In this document: piece by piece, positions 27,431 to 40,888 of the stretch
How positions within the stretch are numbered: position 1 is the stretch's first letter
How the letters are laid out: each line of letters starts with the position of its first letter
NCBI RefSeq assembly: GCF_001194135.2
Contig: NC_068986.1
Span: 59,889,483 to 59,934,733 of the forward strand
Direction: 5' to 3'
From: Octopus bimaculoides
Lineage: Eukaryota
Length of the DNA: 45,251 nt
Made by a program: the position numbers and the translations under genes
The notes under the pieces: generated by a model
What the model was told of the DNA's origin: nothing
Databases searched by the model: none
Seen by the model: only the letters and a program-made list of their open reading frames with translations

Positions 27431-30003
27431 GGAGATGATGGCTCACTTGCACTAAACGAGGCTGCAAAGAGAGAGGTCTGGAGACGCCACTATGACAGGC
27501 TGCTTAATAAAGAGAATGAATGGGAGGAAGAGAGTCTGCCGCATGTCGACCCAACAGAGGGACCAGCTATCCTAATTGACAGTAACTTAGTAGATAAAGT
27601 GATCAAGAGTATGAAAACAGGGAAAGCCCCCGGCCCATCAGGAATCACTGCAGAGATGCTCAAAATATCTGGCAGTATCGGCTATAGCCTAATGACCCGT
27701 ATAGTTAATCAGGTGGTACACGAAGGAGTCATACCCAATGACTGGTGTAGCAGCACCATAGTCAACTGCTACAAAGGTAAAGGTGACGCTCTAGACACAA
27801 ACAATTACAGAGGTATCAAGTTGTTGGACCAGGTAATGAAGGTCATGGAGAGGGTCATAGCCCAACAAATTAGGGAATGAGTCAGTTTAGGTGAGATGCA
27901 GTTTGGGTTTGTGCCAGGGAAAAGCACCACTGATGCTATATTTCTGGTAAGACAGCTGCAGGAGAAATACCTACCTAAAGATAAACCTCTGTAACTGGCT
28001 TTCGTTGACATGGAGAAAGCCTTTGACAGGGTCTCCTGCTCCCTTATCTGGTGGTCAATGAGGAAACTAGGTATAGATGANNNNNNNNNNNNNNNNNNNN
28101 NNNNNNNNNNNNNNNNNNNNNNNNNNNNNNNNNNNNNNNNNNNNNNNNNNNNNNNNNNNNNNNNNNNNNNNNNNNNNNNNNNNNNNNNNNNNNNNNNNNN
28201 NNNNNNNNNNNNNNNNNNNNNNNNNNNNNNNNNNNNNNNNNNNNNNNNNNNNNNNNNNNNNNNNNNNNNNNNNNNNNNNNNNNNNNNNNNNNNNNNNNNN
28301 NNNNNNNNNNNNNNNNNNNNNNNNNNNNNNNNNNNNNNNNNNNNNNNNNNNNNNNNNNNNNNNNNNNNNNNNNNNNNNNNNNNNNNNNNNNNNNNNNNNN
28401 NNNNNNNNNNNNNNNNNNNNNNNNNNNNNNNNNNNNNNNNNNNNNNNNNNNNNNNNNNNNNNNNNNNNNNNNNNNNNNNNNNNNNNNNNNNNNNNNNNNN
28501 NNNNNNNNNNNNNNNNNNNNNNNNNNNNNNNNNNNNNNNNNNNNNNNNNNNNNNNNNNNNNNNNNNNNNNNNNNNNNNNNNNNNNNNNNNNNNNNNNNNN
28601 NNNNNNNNNNATAGTCTTTGTATGTGGCAGATGCTCAGGAGCAATAAACACTGAGAATGTGCAGAAAACAACCTTTACCACACTCCAGGGGGAAAAGCTA
28701 GAAGTAGTTGATAGCTTCCACTACCTAGGTGACCAAGTTTGTAGCGGGGGAGGGTGCACTGAAAGTGTAGCTGCTAGAATAAGAATAGTCTGGGCAAAGT
28801 TTAGAGAGCTCTTACCTCTGCTGGTGACAAAGGGCCTCTCACTCAGAGTAAAAGGCAGACTGTATGACGCATGTGTATGAACAGCCATGCTACATGGCAG
28901 TGAAACATGGGCCATGACTGCCGAGGACATGCATAAGCTTGCAAGAAATGAAGCCAGTATCCTCCGATGGATGTGTAATGTAAGTGTGCATACTCAACAG
29001 TGTAAGTACCTTGAGAGAAAAGTTGAACCTAAGAAGCATTAGTTGTGGTGTGCAAGAAAGACGATTGTGCTGGTATGGACATGTGGCAAGAATGGATGAG
29101 GATAGCTGTGTGAAAAAGTACAACGCCCTAGCAGTTGAGTGAACCTGTGGAAGAAGTAGACCCAGGAAGACCTGGGATGAGGTGGTGAAGCACAACCTTC
29201 GAACTTTAGTCCTCACCGAGGCAATGACCAGTGACTGGGACCTTTGGAAAAATGCAGTACGTGAGAAGACCTGGCAAGACAAGTGAGAGCATAATCTGTG
29301 ATCTTTGCCAGAAATGTAGCCAGCTCACTAATCCGTATCTTTACTTCATTGGACACTAAAAACGCTGCTTGCAAAGACCTGCTGAGGCAAGTGAATTTGG
29401 AATTTGAAATTTGAAATCTGAAATCGAAATCGAACCGAATCTGATGACTGGCACCCATGCCAACCTCTCCTTCATTGGACACTAAACTCTGCTTCCAAAG
29501 ACCTGTTGGGGCAAGTGAAATCGTAATTGAACCATACTCCATGACTGGTCACCGCGCCAGTGGAGCACTAACAGCACTGTCGAGCCTGTTCATTGCCAGA
29601 GCCTGGCTTCCATGCTAGTGGCTTGTAAATAGCACCATTAGAGCATAATTGTTACCAGCGTTGCCTCCTAGCACTTGTGCTGGTGGCACATTTAGAAAAT
29701 CATTTGAGCGAGGTCGTTGCCAGTGCCGCTGGACTGGCTCCCGTGCAAGTGGCACGTAAAAATCACCTTTTTGAGCGTGGCTGTTGCCAGTACCTTGTGA
29801 CTGGCCCTCGTGCCGGTGGCACGTAAAAGCACCCACTACACTCTCGGAGCGGTTGGCATTAGGAAGGGCATCCAGCAGTAGAAATTCTGCCAGATCAGAC
29901 TGGTGTCTGGTGCAGCCTTCTGGCTTGCCAGTCCTCAGTCAAATCGTCCAACCGATGCTAGCATGGAAAGCAGACGTTAAACGATGATGATGATGATGAT
30001 GAT
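27431..30003 (+). mobile_element. 5'-truncated RTE LINE, interrupted by an assembly gap
   Basis: GKAPGPSGITAEMLK, NYRGIKLL, QFGFVPGKSTTDAIF, FVDMEKAFDRV, LEVVDSFHYLGD, RPRKTWDEVV; stop near 29283. A 3'UTR with internal duplications ends in gttaaac(gat)n. Confidence 0.95.
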
Positions 30004-31354
30004 ATTACCTGCAAAATATCTTTTAACTATTTCAATTACACACACACACACACACACATCTCTGCTGATTCACCCAGAAGTGATAAATTATAGAACTCAA
30101 TACGTTTATGTAAAGTATTCTATAATGTGTTATAAGTAAAAGTTTCATGATTCCAATACTCTGAGTTACACATTTCCAATAATTTATCTGGTAATCAAAG
30201 CTTGTTTTCTCATGAAATATTGGTTATTTGTATATACTTTGAAATATAATATGAAGGTTACGAAGAAAATGGTTATCTTTACGTTCATTTAAGAAACCTT
30301 TCAAGCAATATGTGTGAAAACAGTTGTTTCAAATTCACATTTTTCATTTCCTTTCTGGCTCTTATGGGAATATTTCAAATATCACCTTGCTTGGAAACTG
30401 GTAAGGGTTGTCAATACTATGGGCTGCTGGTCGTAGAAAATCTACTTCAATAAACTCTGTCCAACCAGTGCAAGCATAGAAAAGTGGATGTTAAAATAAT
30501 GATGGTGTAAAATAATTGAAATATATTACAGAATACCACATATAAATGTATTCATTATTTACTAAAATATTCCATTGCTATCACCATTAACTTTCTCCAC
30601 CTTAGGAAATTAATAAATAAATAAATAAATAAATAAATAAGGGAATATGAGTATTTTCATGAAAAATAAAAAACAAAAATGTATTTAAGAAAATAAAAAA
30701 ATAGGAAGATTGAAAGAAAAATTCTAAATGATCCAATTGAAAATTCTATTATATTTTTATTCTTTTTATTTAGCTTGCCTTTTAGAAACTTGTTTTATTG
30801 TAGCTTAGATTTAGATTTGATAATAGTATTTTATAAAAAGGAAAACATCCATCTCTAGAATTTCCTCATTTTGTAATTACTATATTTCTCTTTTGTTTTC
30901 TAAACTAATGACTGATGAGGATTATCATCATTACTATCACCATCAATAACATCATTGTCATCCAATGGAGAAATATAGAAATGACAACAAGAATGGTACT
31001 TTTTAATGAAAACTCCTTGTAAACCTGAAATAAGCTTAAAATTTTCAGTGTAAATTTCTGTAATGCAGCAATTTTTGTCAACTGCAAAAGCATACATACT
31101 ATAAGATTATGTTTTTAATGAGGTGATAACAACAACAGCAACTCTTGATTTCTTGTATTGGTACACTACATGGGCACAGTCAATTTTGTTGACTAAATCA
31201 ACATCAGAAAATGGTAGATACTTATTGTGGTGCTTTATGGGTTTTCTGTCAAATTACTCAGAGAAGGTAGAGACTGTGACCACGACACTTTATATTGTTC
31301 CAGTGCCTACGGATACATTTATCCCTTAGATGGTTCCATAACCTCTAACTCATA

Positions 31355-31398
<44 letters not shown>

Positions 31399-32139
31399 CA
31401 GAGTATGTCCTTTATTTCTTTTTAAATTGTAAGGTGNNNNNNNNNNTATCCAGTGAAGGATTTCTAGGATGTTAAGCAACTATATAGAAGCTTCTTTGGC
31501 TTGTGAAGCTCTTTTGTAGCTTGTTCTTATGTTAAATAAATTCCATATAGCAGTATAGCAATACACAGGAGGAACAATGTTCAACTGAAAAGTATTTCAT
31601 AACATCCAGGGATGAGTTCAAGTTTTCCCATGGGCAAAACGTATGCAGCTAAGACATATATATATAATGTTATTACTGAAAGATGACCCCCCCCCCCCAA
31701 AAAAAAAACAAAAACAAAAAACAGCACAGTATAACAGTAATGTTGTTCAATTGTCCAGTAGTTCAAGTGGCTAAGGTGGTCCAGGCAGCTGGCAGTATGA
31801 ATGTGTTATTGTAGTTTTTGCCAAACTACTAAGTTACAGGGATGTAAACAAACCAGCACTGGTTGTCAAGTGGTGGTGGGGGACAAACACAAAAAACACA
31901 TACACCTAATCCAAAAATATGAAAAAACACAGAAACAGTGTGCTTTAGTTTAATGTTCAGGATAAATGGAAGAAGTTGTTAATGTTTCAAGGCAACACTC
32001 TGCCATAGAAAGGATAGATGAGGAGAGAAAATAACAAGAGAGAAAAATGTGTTTGAATTAAATAATCAAAGCATGTTGAAATGACTGGAAGAGGAAGAAG
32101 CTCCCACAAGAGGCGTGGGTAGCAAAGGCATGAGCATGT

Positions 32140-32570
32140 GCGAGGAAGTATGTGTGTATGTATGATGTTAATGTGTGCATGTGTATGCATGTGTGAGGTT
32201 ATCTGATGTATGAGTATGTGTATGTATGTATGCAAGTGCATGTGTGTATGAAGCAATTGTTTGCATGTGTACTATGTGATTTAGTATATGTATGTTTATG
32301 TACATGTGTGTTTGTATTTTCTGTTTATGTGTATGTAGACACATAAGTATGTGTGTGTGACACTATTGTGTTCATATGTATTGTGTGTGCTTATGTGTGT
32401 ATTTTGTGTGTGAGCGAGTGTGTATGTGTGTGTGTTCTGTAGTGTATGAAGCTGATGTGTGCATGTATGATATATACTGTGTTTTGTGTGTGTGTGTACA
32501 CATGTATGAGCACTTGTACATGCGTGTGAGGCTATCTGACATATGTGTGTGTTGTAGGAAGATGTTAAGT
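32140..32570. repeat. Degenerate (TG/TA)-rich low-complexity tract
   Basis: Directly visible; it explains the H/T- and C/V-rich ORFs there. Confidence 0.9.
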
Positions 32571-32626
32571 AGAAGCTTGTCAAATCTATCCATCTATCCA
32601 TATATATATATATATATATATATATA

Positions 32627-33022
32627 CTCTCTTTTACTTGTTTCAGTCATTTGATTGCGGCCATGCTGGGGCGCCGCCTTTAGTCAAGCAAACCGATCCC
32701 AGTACTTATTCTTTGTAAGCCTAGTATTTATTCTATCGGTCTCTTTTGCCAAACTGCTAAGTTACGGGGATGTAAACACACCAGCATCGGTTGTCAAGCG
32801 TTGTTGGGGGGGACAAACACAGACACACAAACACAGACACACAAACACACATATATATATATACATATATACAACGGGCTTCTTTCAGTTTCCGTCTACC
32901 AAATCCACTCACAAGGCTTTGGTCGACCTGAGGCTATAGTAGAAGACACTTGCCCAAGATGCCATGCAGTGGGACTGAACCCGGAACCATGTGGTTGGTA
33001 AGCAAGCTACTTACCACACAGC
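32627..33022 (-). mobile_element. SINE family A, relatively young (retains CpGs)
   Basis: Minus-strand head ctgtgtggtaagtagcttgc...ccgggttcagtccc (A/B boxes), followed by a CORE-like ttgggcaagtgtcttctac. Confidence 0.92.
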
Positions 33023-33574
33023 AAAATGGATTATTCTAGTGTGGATGTTTTGTATTTATTTGCCAACACAGAACAACATTAGAGTCCATAAATTCCTCTA
33101 CTTAATTTATATTTATAACTTCCTGAAAGACTTGTGGGAGAAATATTAAAGGGATGTATGCATATGAAGCTGCTAATGGAGCACAGTGTTTTGTGTGTGT
33201 CTGTGTGTATCTGTATGTGTGTGATGCTAAGTTCACATTGAGCTTGCTTAATCTGAAGCACAAAATATACTAACGATCACATTAGTGTAGAGGATAACAC
33301 TGAGATAAGAGATTATGGGTATTAACAAGTGTTGGAAAATAATTGGAGCATTGATAGAATTTTCAAACCGAACAATAAAAGGTAAAAAGAAGTTGGGAAA
33401 ACTTTTACTATTAAAAGTCAGCTAGATTTATCAGAAAGTATAAAATACTTGTTATAGTCATATTTTCAAAGTACATGTCTAAAGGAAGTGCTGTTATATA
33501 AATCAAAAGAGTCAAAGATTCTCTCCAAGCCATAGGCTCATAAGGTCAATTTCCCAGATTCTGTAGTGTATACA

Positions 33575-33745
33575 TTCCCCCACTGGGCAAGACACCGATC
33601 CATCACAGGATTACTTATTTTTGCCAGCTGAGTGAACTAGAGCAACATGAAATGAAGTATTTTGTCCAAGATTACAATGCATAACTCAGACCAAGAATTG
33701 AAACCACAGTCTTACAATCATGAGTCCAACACTAATCCATGCACC
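33575..33745 (-). mobile_element. SINE family D fragment
   Basis: Reverse-complement similarity to 10851-10975 (caaaatacttcatttcatgttgctctag). Confidence 0.6.
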
Positions 33746-34065
33746 TTTGCACATGGGTATACACATGCATACATATATGCACAGGTGATATTTGTAAATG
33801 CGTGTCACTGTCATAAAAGCAGAGTCATTCATTTCCAATATTCTGTGAGAATATGGCTGGCAACGGAGAAATCTTGCTTGTTTGGAAACAGGTGATGGTT
33901 GGCAACAAGAAAGGCATCCAGCCATGGAAAATCTGCCTGAAATATACTTCATCCATCCCATGTAAGCATGGAAAGGGAAGTTTAAATGAAGATGATGATA
34001 ATATATATATATATATATATATATGACTATACCAGCGCAGTCATCTCTCTTGCATATATATATAT

Positions 34066-35045
34066 CATCATCATCATCATCATGATTTAACGTCCATTGT
34101 CCATGCTGGCATGGGTTGGATGGTTTGACTGGGCTGGTACACTAGAAGGTTGCACCAGACTCCAGTCTGATTTGGCATAGTTTTCTACGGCTGGATGCCC
34201 TTCCTAACACCAACAACTCCAAGAGTGTAATGGGTACTTTTACGTGCCACCAGCACAAGTGCCATTCGCATGACGCCTGGGTGTGTTTATATGCCACCGG
34301 TATGGGTGCCAATTTGTGTGACACAAGTATCTACCACAACTGTGATTTTGCTCGGCTTGAAGGGTATTCTTCTCAAGCACGACACAATGCCAAAGGTCTC
34401 GGTCATTGCTTCTATGAGGCCTAACAGTCAAAAGCATCTCAGCCACTTTGCTTCTGTGTGACTCAACACTCAAAAGGAACTCAGCCACTTTGTCTCCGTG
34501 AGGCCCAACATTCAAAAGATATTCTTTATGTGCCACCAGCACGGGTGCACTTGGCTTGACAGGTCCTCTCAAGTACAGCACATTGCCAAAGGTCTTGGTC
34601 ACCAATCATTGCCTCTGTGAGGCTCAAAGCTTGAAGATCATGCTTCACTATCACATCCCATGTCTTCCTGGGTCTACCTCTACCATAGGTTTCCTCTATG
34701 ATTAGAAATTGGCATTTCTTTACACAGCTGTCTTTGTTTATATGCATTACGTGAGCATACCAGCGCAGTTATCTCTCTTGCACACCACATCTGATTCCTC
34801 TTATGCCTAACTTTTCTCTCAAGATGCTTATACTCTGTCGAACAAATACACTGACACTGCACATCCAGCGAAGCATACTGGCTTCATTTCTTTCAAGACT
34901 ACAAATGTCCTCGGCTGTCATAGCCCATGTTTCACCATGCAGCATAGCTGTTTGCACACAAGCAACAAACAATCTGCCTTTCACTCTGAGAGAGAGATGC
35001 TCTTTGTTGTCAGTAGGAGTAGGAGCTCTCTGAACTTTGCCCAGC
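34066..35045 (-). mobile_element. RTE LINE 3' portion, same family as 27431-30003
   Basis: VKGRLFVACVQTAMLHGETWAMTAED...LRWMCSVSV...GRGRPRKTWDVIVKHDL, then a modular 3'UTR and a (GAT)n tail, seen as (CAT)n at 34066-34083. Confidence 0.92.
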
Positions 35046-35055
35046 CTAATCTTTT

Positions 35056-35097
<42 letters not shown>

Positions 35098-35749
35098 CTC
35101 CATGAAACTTAAACTTTTACAGACTCATAATAGGAACATAGCACACCTGAGCCTCATGAGTTAGGTTCATGTAACAAGCCTATGAAACTTTAAGTTGCAT
35201 AGTGTTGAATCAAACTGCTAGACACACACACACACACTGTCTCATAATCCATAAGTTAGAAAATTGCTAACTCTGAAGAGTACAGGGTTACAGAATTGAG
35301 CTGTTATCTAACATCCTGTTGAATCCCCAGTGAGAAACTGATTGGTAAGATCAGCTGAAATGGATATATAATGCTGGAAACTTCAATTAATATACAACCC
35401 CCATATATATATATATATATATATATATANNNNNNNNNNNNNNNNNNNNNNNNNNNNNNNNNNNNNNNNNNNNNNNNNNNNNNNNNNNNNNNNNNNNNNN
35501 NNNNNNNNNNNNNNNNNNNNNNNNNNNNNNNNNNNNNNNNNNNNNNNNNNNNNNNNNNNNNNNNNNNNNNNNNNNNNNNNNNNNNNNNNNNNNNNNNNNN
35601 NNNNNNNNNNNNNNNNNNNNNNNNNNNNNNNNNNNNNNNNNNNNNNNNNNNNNNNNNNNNNNNNNNNNNNNNNNNNNNNNNNNNNNNNNNNNNNNNNNNN
35701 NNNNNNNNNNNNNNNNNNNNNNNNNNNNNNNNNNNNNNNATATATATAT

Positions 35750-36601
35750 ATATACTATAAATTGCAGTGTTCTTGATTGCTTGATTGATTGATTGAGTGT
35801 CGACAGATTCACTCGAGAACGGTGCAGTGGAATCATGTGAAATTCAGCAGAGAGCGGCAGCATGGTCCGCTCATGTTCAGGAGACTTTTATTGCCCTCCA
35901 ACTCCCATGGTTACCGAGATAATCGATTATTACTTTTTTAAGATAGGAATATCCCATTCAAAGTGGGGAGGGGCGATTTTGTTGCCTTTCCCATGCGCGA
36001 AATTTTACGAAAAACCAGCACAATAAAGATTATTTTTTTTCAAGTAATGTGGCTGGGTTTGTTTTTCGAAAATTTTAATCAGAAACACAGAAAAAAAAAA
36101 ATTTCAATTTTTTGTGTATTAAAAAGCCAAAGCTGTTAGACACTGGCATACAGCGATCGATATATACGCAGTGAACGTTTTCTCCATTTGCTTAGGGCAA
36201 GCAAGTGTAACATCGAAATAACTTGAAAAGAATGCATGTGGGAATGCCGTTATAATGTATGCTCATTTGAATGTATTTTGCATGGAGTTGATGTACTTTT
36301 TAACAGGAGAGGAGTGCCTGCAGGCTGGTTCTTCTCAAGTTTATGCATTTTCCGGTTCAATGTGTTTCAAATAAGTACTGACAATTGAAGGTGATTGCAA
36401 AGACAAAGAACTACCTGTTTTTTTTTTAACAATTTTAACAGTGAGAACATTGGACAAAATATGTTATTGACATTAATAGTTTGTACCTCAGCTAATTACT
36501 GTTGAGAACTGCATAACCCATGTATTATGTTAGAGATCTAAAAGGCATTTTCAAATTTCATTATTTTCTTTAATCCAGGCAACGCTGGATATTTCTGCTA
36601 G
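35750..36601 (+). mobile_element. Non-autonomous Helitron
   Basis: 3' hairpin atccag-gcaacg-ctggat (36573-36590) just upstream of terminal CTAG (36598-36601), followed by T. The 5' end tatactataaa has a (GATT)n tract nearby. (TA)n lies on both sides. CpG-richer than the flanks. Confidence 0.75.
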
Positions 36602-36758
36602 TATATATATATATAAAAGACTTTCTCACTTCCCAAGCATTAAACTAATACATCTGTTTGTTGTTTACNNNNNNNNNNNNNNNNNNNNNNNNNNNNNNNN
36701 NNNNNNNNNNNNNNNNNNNNNNNNNNNNNNNNNNNNNNNNNNNNNNNNNNNNNNNNNN

Positions 36759-36804
<46 letters not shown>

Positions 36805-36867
36805 TTCCTGTTAAGTAGAAATTTGGCTTTTGTTAAGTCAACATTAAGGTCCTATGGTTCCAGATTT

Positions 36868-37030
36868 TGCAGGTATGGCTACATGGTTAAGAAGTTTGCT
36901 TCCCCACAAATGATTCTAGGTTCAGTCCCACAGCATGACACCTTGAACAAGTGTCCTCTGCTATATCCTCTGGTTAATCAAAGCCTTGTGAATGGATTTG
37001 GCAGATGGAAACTACAAGAAACCCATCAGT
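36868..37030 (+). mobile_element. SINE family A 5' part
   Basis: tggctacatggttaagaag...aggttcagtccc...accttgaacaagtgtc, truncated into (GA)n. Confidence 0.78.
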
Positions 37031-37070
<40 letters not shown>

Positions 37071-37173
37071 AGAGAGAGATTAAGAATGAGAAAGAATGAG
37101 AGAAATGGTGGTGATGTGCCAGGGAATACTCTCAAGATACAAGGATGTGAATCTCTCTCTCTCTCTCTCTCTG

Positions 37174-37231
<58 letters not shown>

Positions 37232-37862
37232 AAACAAGTAAATATTAATCTGCTTTCTAGAAATACTAAAATTAAATCTTAAGGTTAGATCAATACTAGG
37301 GGGAAGAAATGGATCACATGAAATTTCACTAAACTAATTACTCTATAATCTATACGAGCATGCTTTTAACACAAGGAAACACATACAAATGTATATAAAC
37401 ACATCTACACAGGTATGCACATCAGTTAATTTTTACTTCTTATTTGGAATTGTTTAAATCGAACAGTTTAGCTAGGTTTTAATTGACAATACTTCACTTC
37501 TTTGTAAACTTGCCATTCTTTTATCATAAAGAAAATATTATATATTGCATAGCAATTCATACAAGTAAGAGCAAAAAAAAAAACCAAATGGGAAATATAT
37601 GGTAGTGTGATAAAATATTTGTTGCATAATCTTACTTATTGGTAGGTGACAGTAGTTGTTTAGCCACATGTCAACTTTGATCAATCAGACCTATGATGAA
37701 AGGCATTACAGCCTTGACATATCATAATTTTTTGCATATATAGGACTACACTGTTCAATACTTCTTTCCTGTTTTAAGATGATAGGGTATGACCTAAGGT
37801 AATTTAGCTGCTATTTCAAGCAGTCTTGTGAAACCTCAGTGAAGTTTTTAATATAACACACT

Positions 37863-38096
37863 AAGGCGGCGAGCTGGCAGAAACGTTAGCACGCCGGGCG
37901 AAATGCTCAGCGGTATTTCGTCTGCCCTCTACGTTCTGAGTTCAAATTCCGCCAAGGTCAACTTTGCCTTTCATCCTTTCGGGGTTGATTAAATAAGTAC
38001 CAGTTACGCACTGGTGTCGATATAATCGATTTAATCCGTTTGTCTGTCCTTGTTTGTCCCCTCTGTGTGTAACCCCTTGTGGGTAGTAAAGAAATA
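37863..38096 (+). mobile_element. SINE family B, young full-length copy
   Basis: A-box TGGCAGAAACG, B-box GAGTTCAAATTCC, many intact CpGs, and ataacac on both flanks (short TSD). Confidence 0.93.
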
Positions 38097-38782
38097 ACAC
38101 TATGGTATCCATACCATAATGTGTTATATTAAAAACTAAGAAATGTTAAGTAATGTGGAGTTGAGTTAACCTGTTATTAAATGCTTGTAACTCTGACTAA
38201 ATATGTTCACAACTACTTTCATTTGTTCATCTACATATGTGTAGAAATAAATGAAGGGATAAGCAAGTTAGATCAATATATAAAGTTTTACTATATTAAT
38301 ACATGAAATACAAGAAATGTATGCAAAAAATGTATATATGTTTACATACAAAAAAGGTCTGACTTGGATAGAATACAAATGAAATAGAGGATTAAAGGGG
38401 CTGAAGAAAAGTATTATAAATCCAACAGCTGTTTCTGACCATATATACATATACAGACAGACAGACACACACACACACATACCACACACACACACACACA
38501 CACACACATCGTCCTCATCCTTGTTTTAATGTCCACTTTTCCATGCTTGCATGGGTTGGACAGAATTCATTGAGCAGGTTTACTGGATACAATAAGTTGT
38601 CATTTTTGAAGATTTGCCTAATAGGTGTGAAAACAATGGTAACTCCATGACCAGCCATAACCAACAATTAGGTATATATTTTTTATTAATATATATATAC
38701 TTCATTAATAAAGCATATTACTCTACCTCTGGTTTTTTAGTACTGTTTTTTCCATCTTGTTTCACATTTATGTGCTTACACT

Positions 38783-38835
<53 letters not shown>

Positions 38836-38850
38836 ACACACACTCACACA

Positions 38851-38884
<34 letters not shown>

Positions 38885-38969
38885 GCTCGAAGTAAGGTGA
38901 GCTGTGCGGATAATATTGGACTGACTTGGTGCTTCAACTTAAGTACCTAAGTCGACTGAATTTCAATTA

Positions 38970-39005
<36 letters not shown>

Positions 39006-40782
39006 ATTCTGTAGAAACAAGTGCACCTATGAGCAAAATAGTAGCTTGTTTGGAAATAGGTGAGGGTCAGCAACAAGAAGTTCATTCACTCATAGATAAT
39101 CTTCCTCAATAATAAATTCCATCTGACCGATGAAAGTATGGAAAAGTGTAGATTAAGGTGGTGATGATGATAAAAGTGATTGAGATGTACACATATACTT
39201 CTCATATGGTTAATCAGAGAATTTGTTGTTCTGTTTATTTTGTCAATTTAATCTGATGTTGCAGCCCCAAGAAATTTGCAATTATTTGCAAAAATTTGTT
39301 GAGCACACACACACACACAAATGTGTGTGTGTGTGTGCGTAAACCAACCTGTATAAATTCACACCTTGCACTAATATACCTCTAAGATTATCTCAATAAA
39401 TAGCAATATAATGACATGTGTTTAGGATATCCTCTTCAAGTTGTTTTTGAATTCATCTCAAAGTTTATGGCTTGATAGTAACTTGACTGAGACTGTACAA
39501 ATGATACAAATTTATGAAAGATGCTCTCTGATATATTCATTAGATAGCTTTTATCAAGAAGACGAAGAATAAACTAATTGGTATCCCTGGAGAAAAGGCA
39601 AATCTTGAGTACATATGAGAAAGGGAAGAAATGGTTCACTGGTAAAAAGGGTTTTTTTTTGTTTGTATGTTTACAGTGGGTATTTATTTGTTGTTGTTTA
39701 TATTCTTTTATTTTACTATTTTTCTTTCTTTTTTTTGTATTTTGGTCAGACTTAATATCTGATGATTGGTCCTAAAAATATGTTTCTCATAGAAATATAT
39801 AAAATAAATATCAAGGAAATGGAACTAACTTCCTGAAATATATTGCAATCAGCTTTCAATGAAAAACATCTAATGTGAAAAAGATGGTAACAGCTGTTTG
39901 CTTCAGTGATATGGCTTGCTAGCTCTGTGATCTTGTCTGTCAATATTTTATCTTTTCTCCTTAGTTCTTTCTTCTATTCCAATTCCTCTCTCTCTATCTT
40001 CCTCTTTTTTTAAAAAAAAAAAACATTTACAAATACAAAAAAGAATGCAAAAAATATAAGTACAAACACCAACATATTTGTCATTCTAACAGTAGATTCC
40101 AAATTTCATATATTTGGTGGTATATGTAAAAGAAATTTATTTATAACTGTTAGTTACATGTTTTTTTCCCTCAACCCCTCCTCTACTACTCCCTGGCTTC
40201 CAGTGAATAAAAGAGGATATTCTTAGTTCAGATTTGCCACAATTGCACTACACTCCAGTGATTTCTCTTTATGATAGAAACCCCTTTGAAATGTCAGTCA
40301 CTTGTTTGTTGTTCTGTTTGTCTATCTGGTTTCCTCTTTATTAATCTGTTTCTGTTATCTTTCTAGTTATATATATCAGTTTATCTGACAGCATACATCT
40401 ATGTCTGTCTCTTGCACATACATACACACATACCCACGTGTTTTTTTCATATGGAAACTATCTCCACAGTCTAAATGAAATACTTAATGTTTGAGAAAGT
40501 AGAGTTAAATATGTTGTTTATTAATGATTGACTCACAGGTTTATAACTGTGTTTCAAACTTTTGGCCCTGGAAAAAATATATAATTCCATAAGCCAGTCA
40601 TTAATACATCATACATATGTGTGTGTGCAAGTGTGTGTTTCCTTAAAGACATAGCTATATTCTAGTGGTATCCTTTTTATTTCAGATTTACCATATTTTT
40701 GTATTAGTTTCTGGTAGTTAGTTTGAAACAATAAAGTATCTAAATCCATACTCAATGACCTTAGACCTTCACAGTCTCTTTT

Positions 40783-40888
40783 TCAAGAATTGAAATAGAT
40801 TTGGTGTCTGTGTTGCTTCTTATAGACTAGTCTAGAAATGTTGAATATGGATTTAGGAATTTTATTGCACCATACTAACTGCAAGAAA
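40783..40888 (-). CDS. Tentative terminal exon of the right-end gene
   Basis: Strong pyrimidine tract with two acceptors (tgtatcag, tttcttgcag). Reads (FLQ)LVWCNKIPKSIFNISRLVYKKQHRHQIYFNS*, with AATAAA ~100 nt downstream (rc 40676-40681). Linkage to the upstream exons is unproven. Confidence 0.3.

Noticed and set aside
27805-28880. Long ORFs of 200-290 aa in the supplied track
   Set aside because: They are mostly X from the N gap; only the flanks are real RTE sequence. The same applies at 35371-35863 and 36658-37032.
37863-37955. tRNA-like A/B boxes here and in other copies
   Set aside because: They are SINE heads followed by family bodies, with no full cloverleaf, so not tRNA genes.
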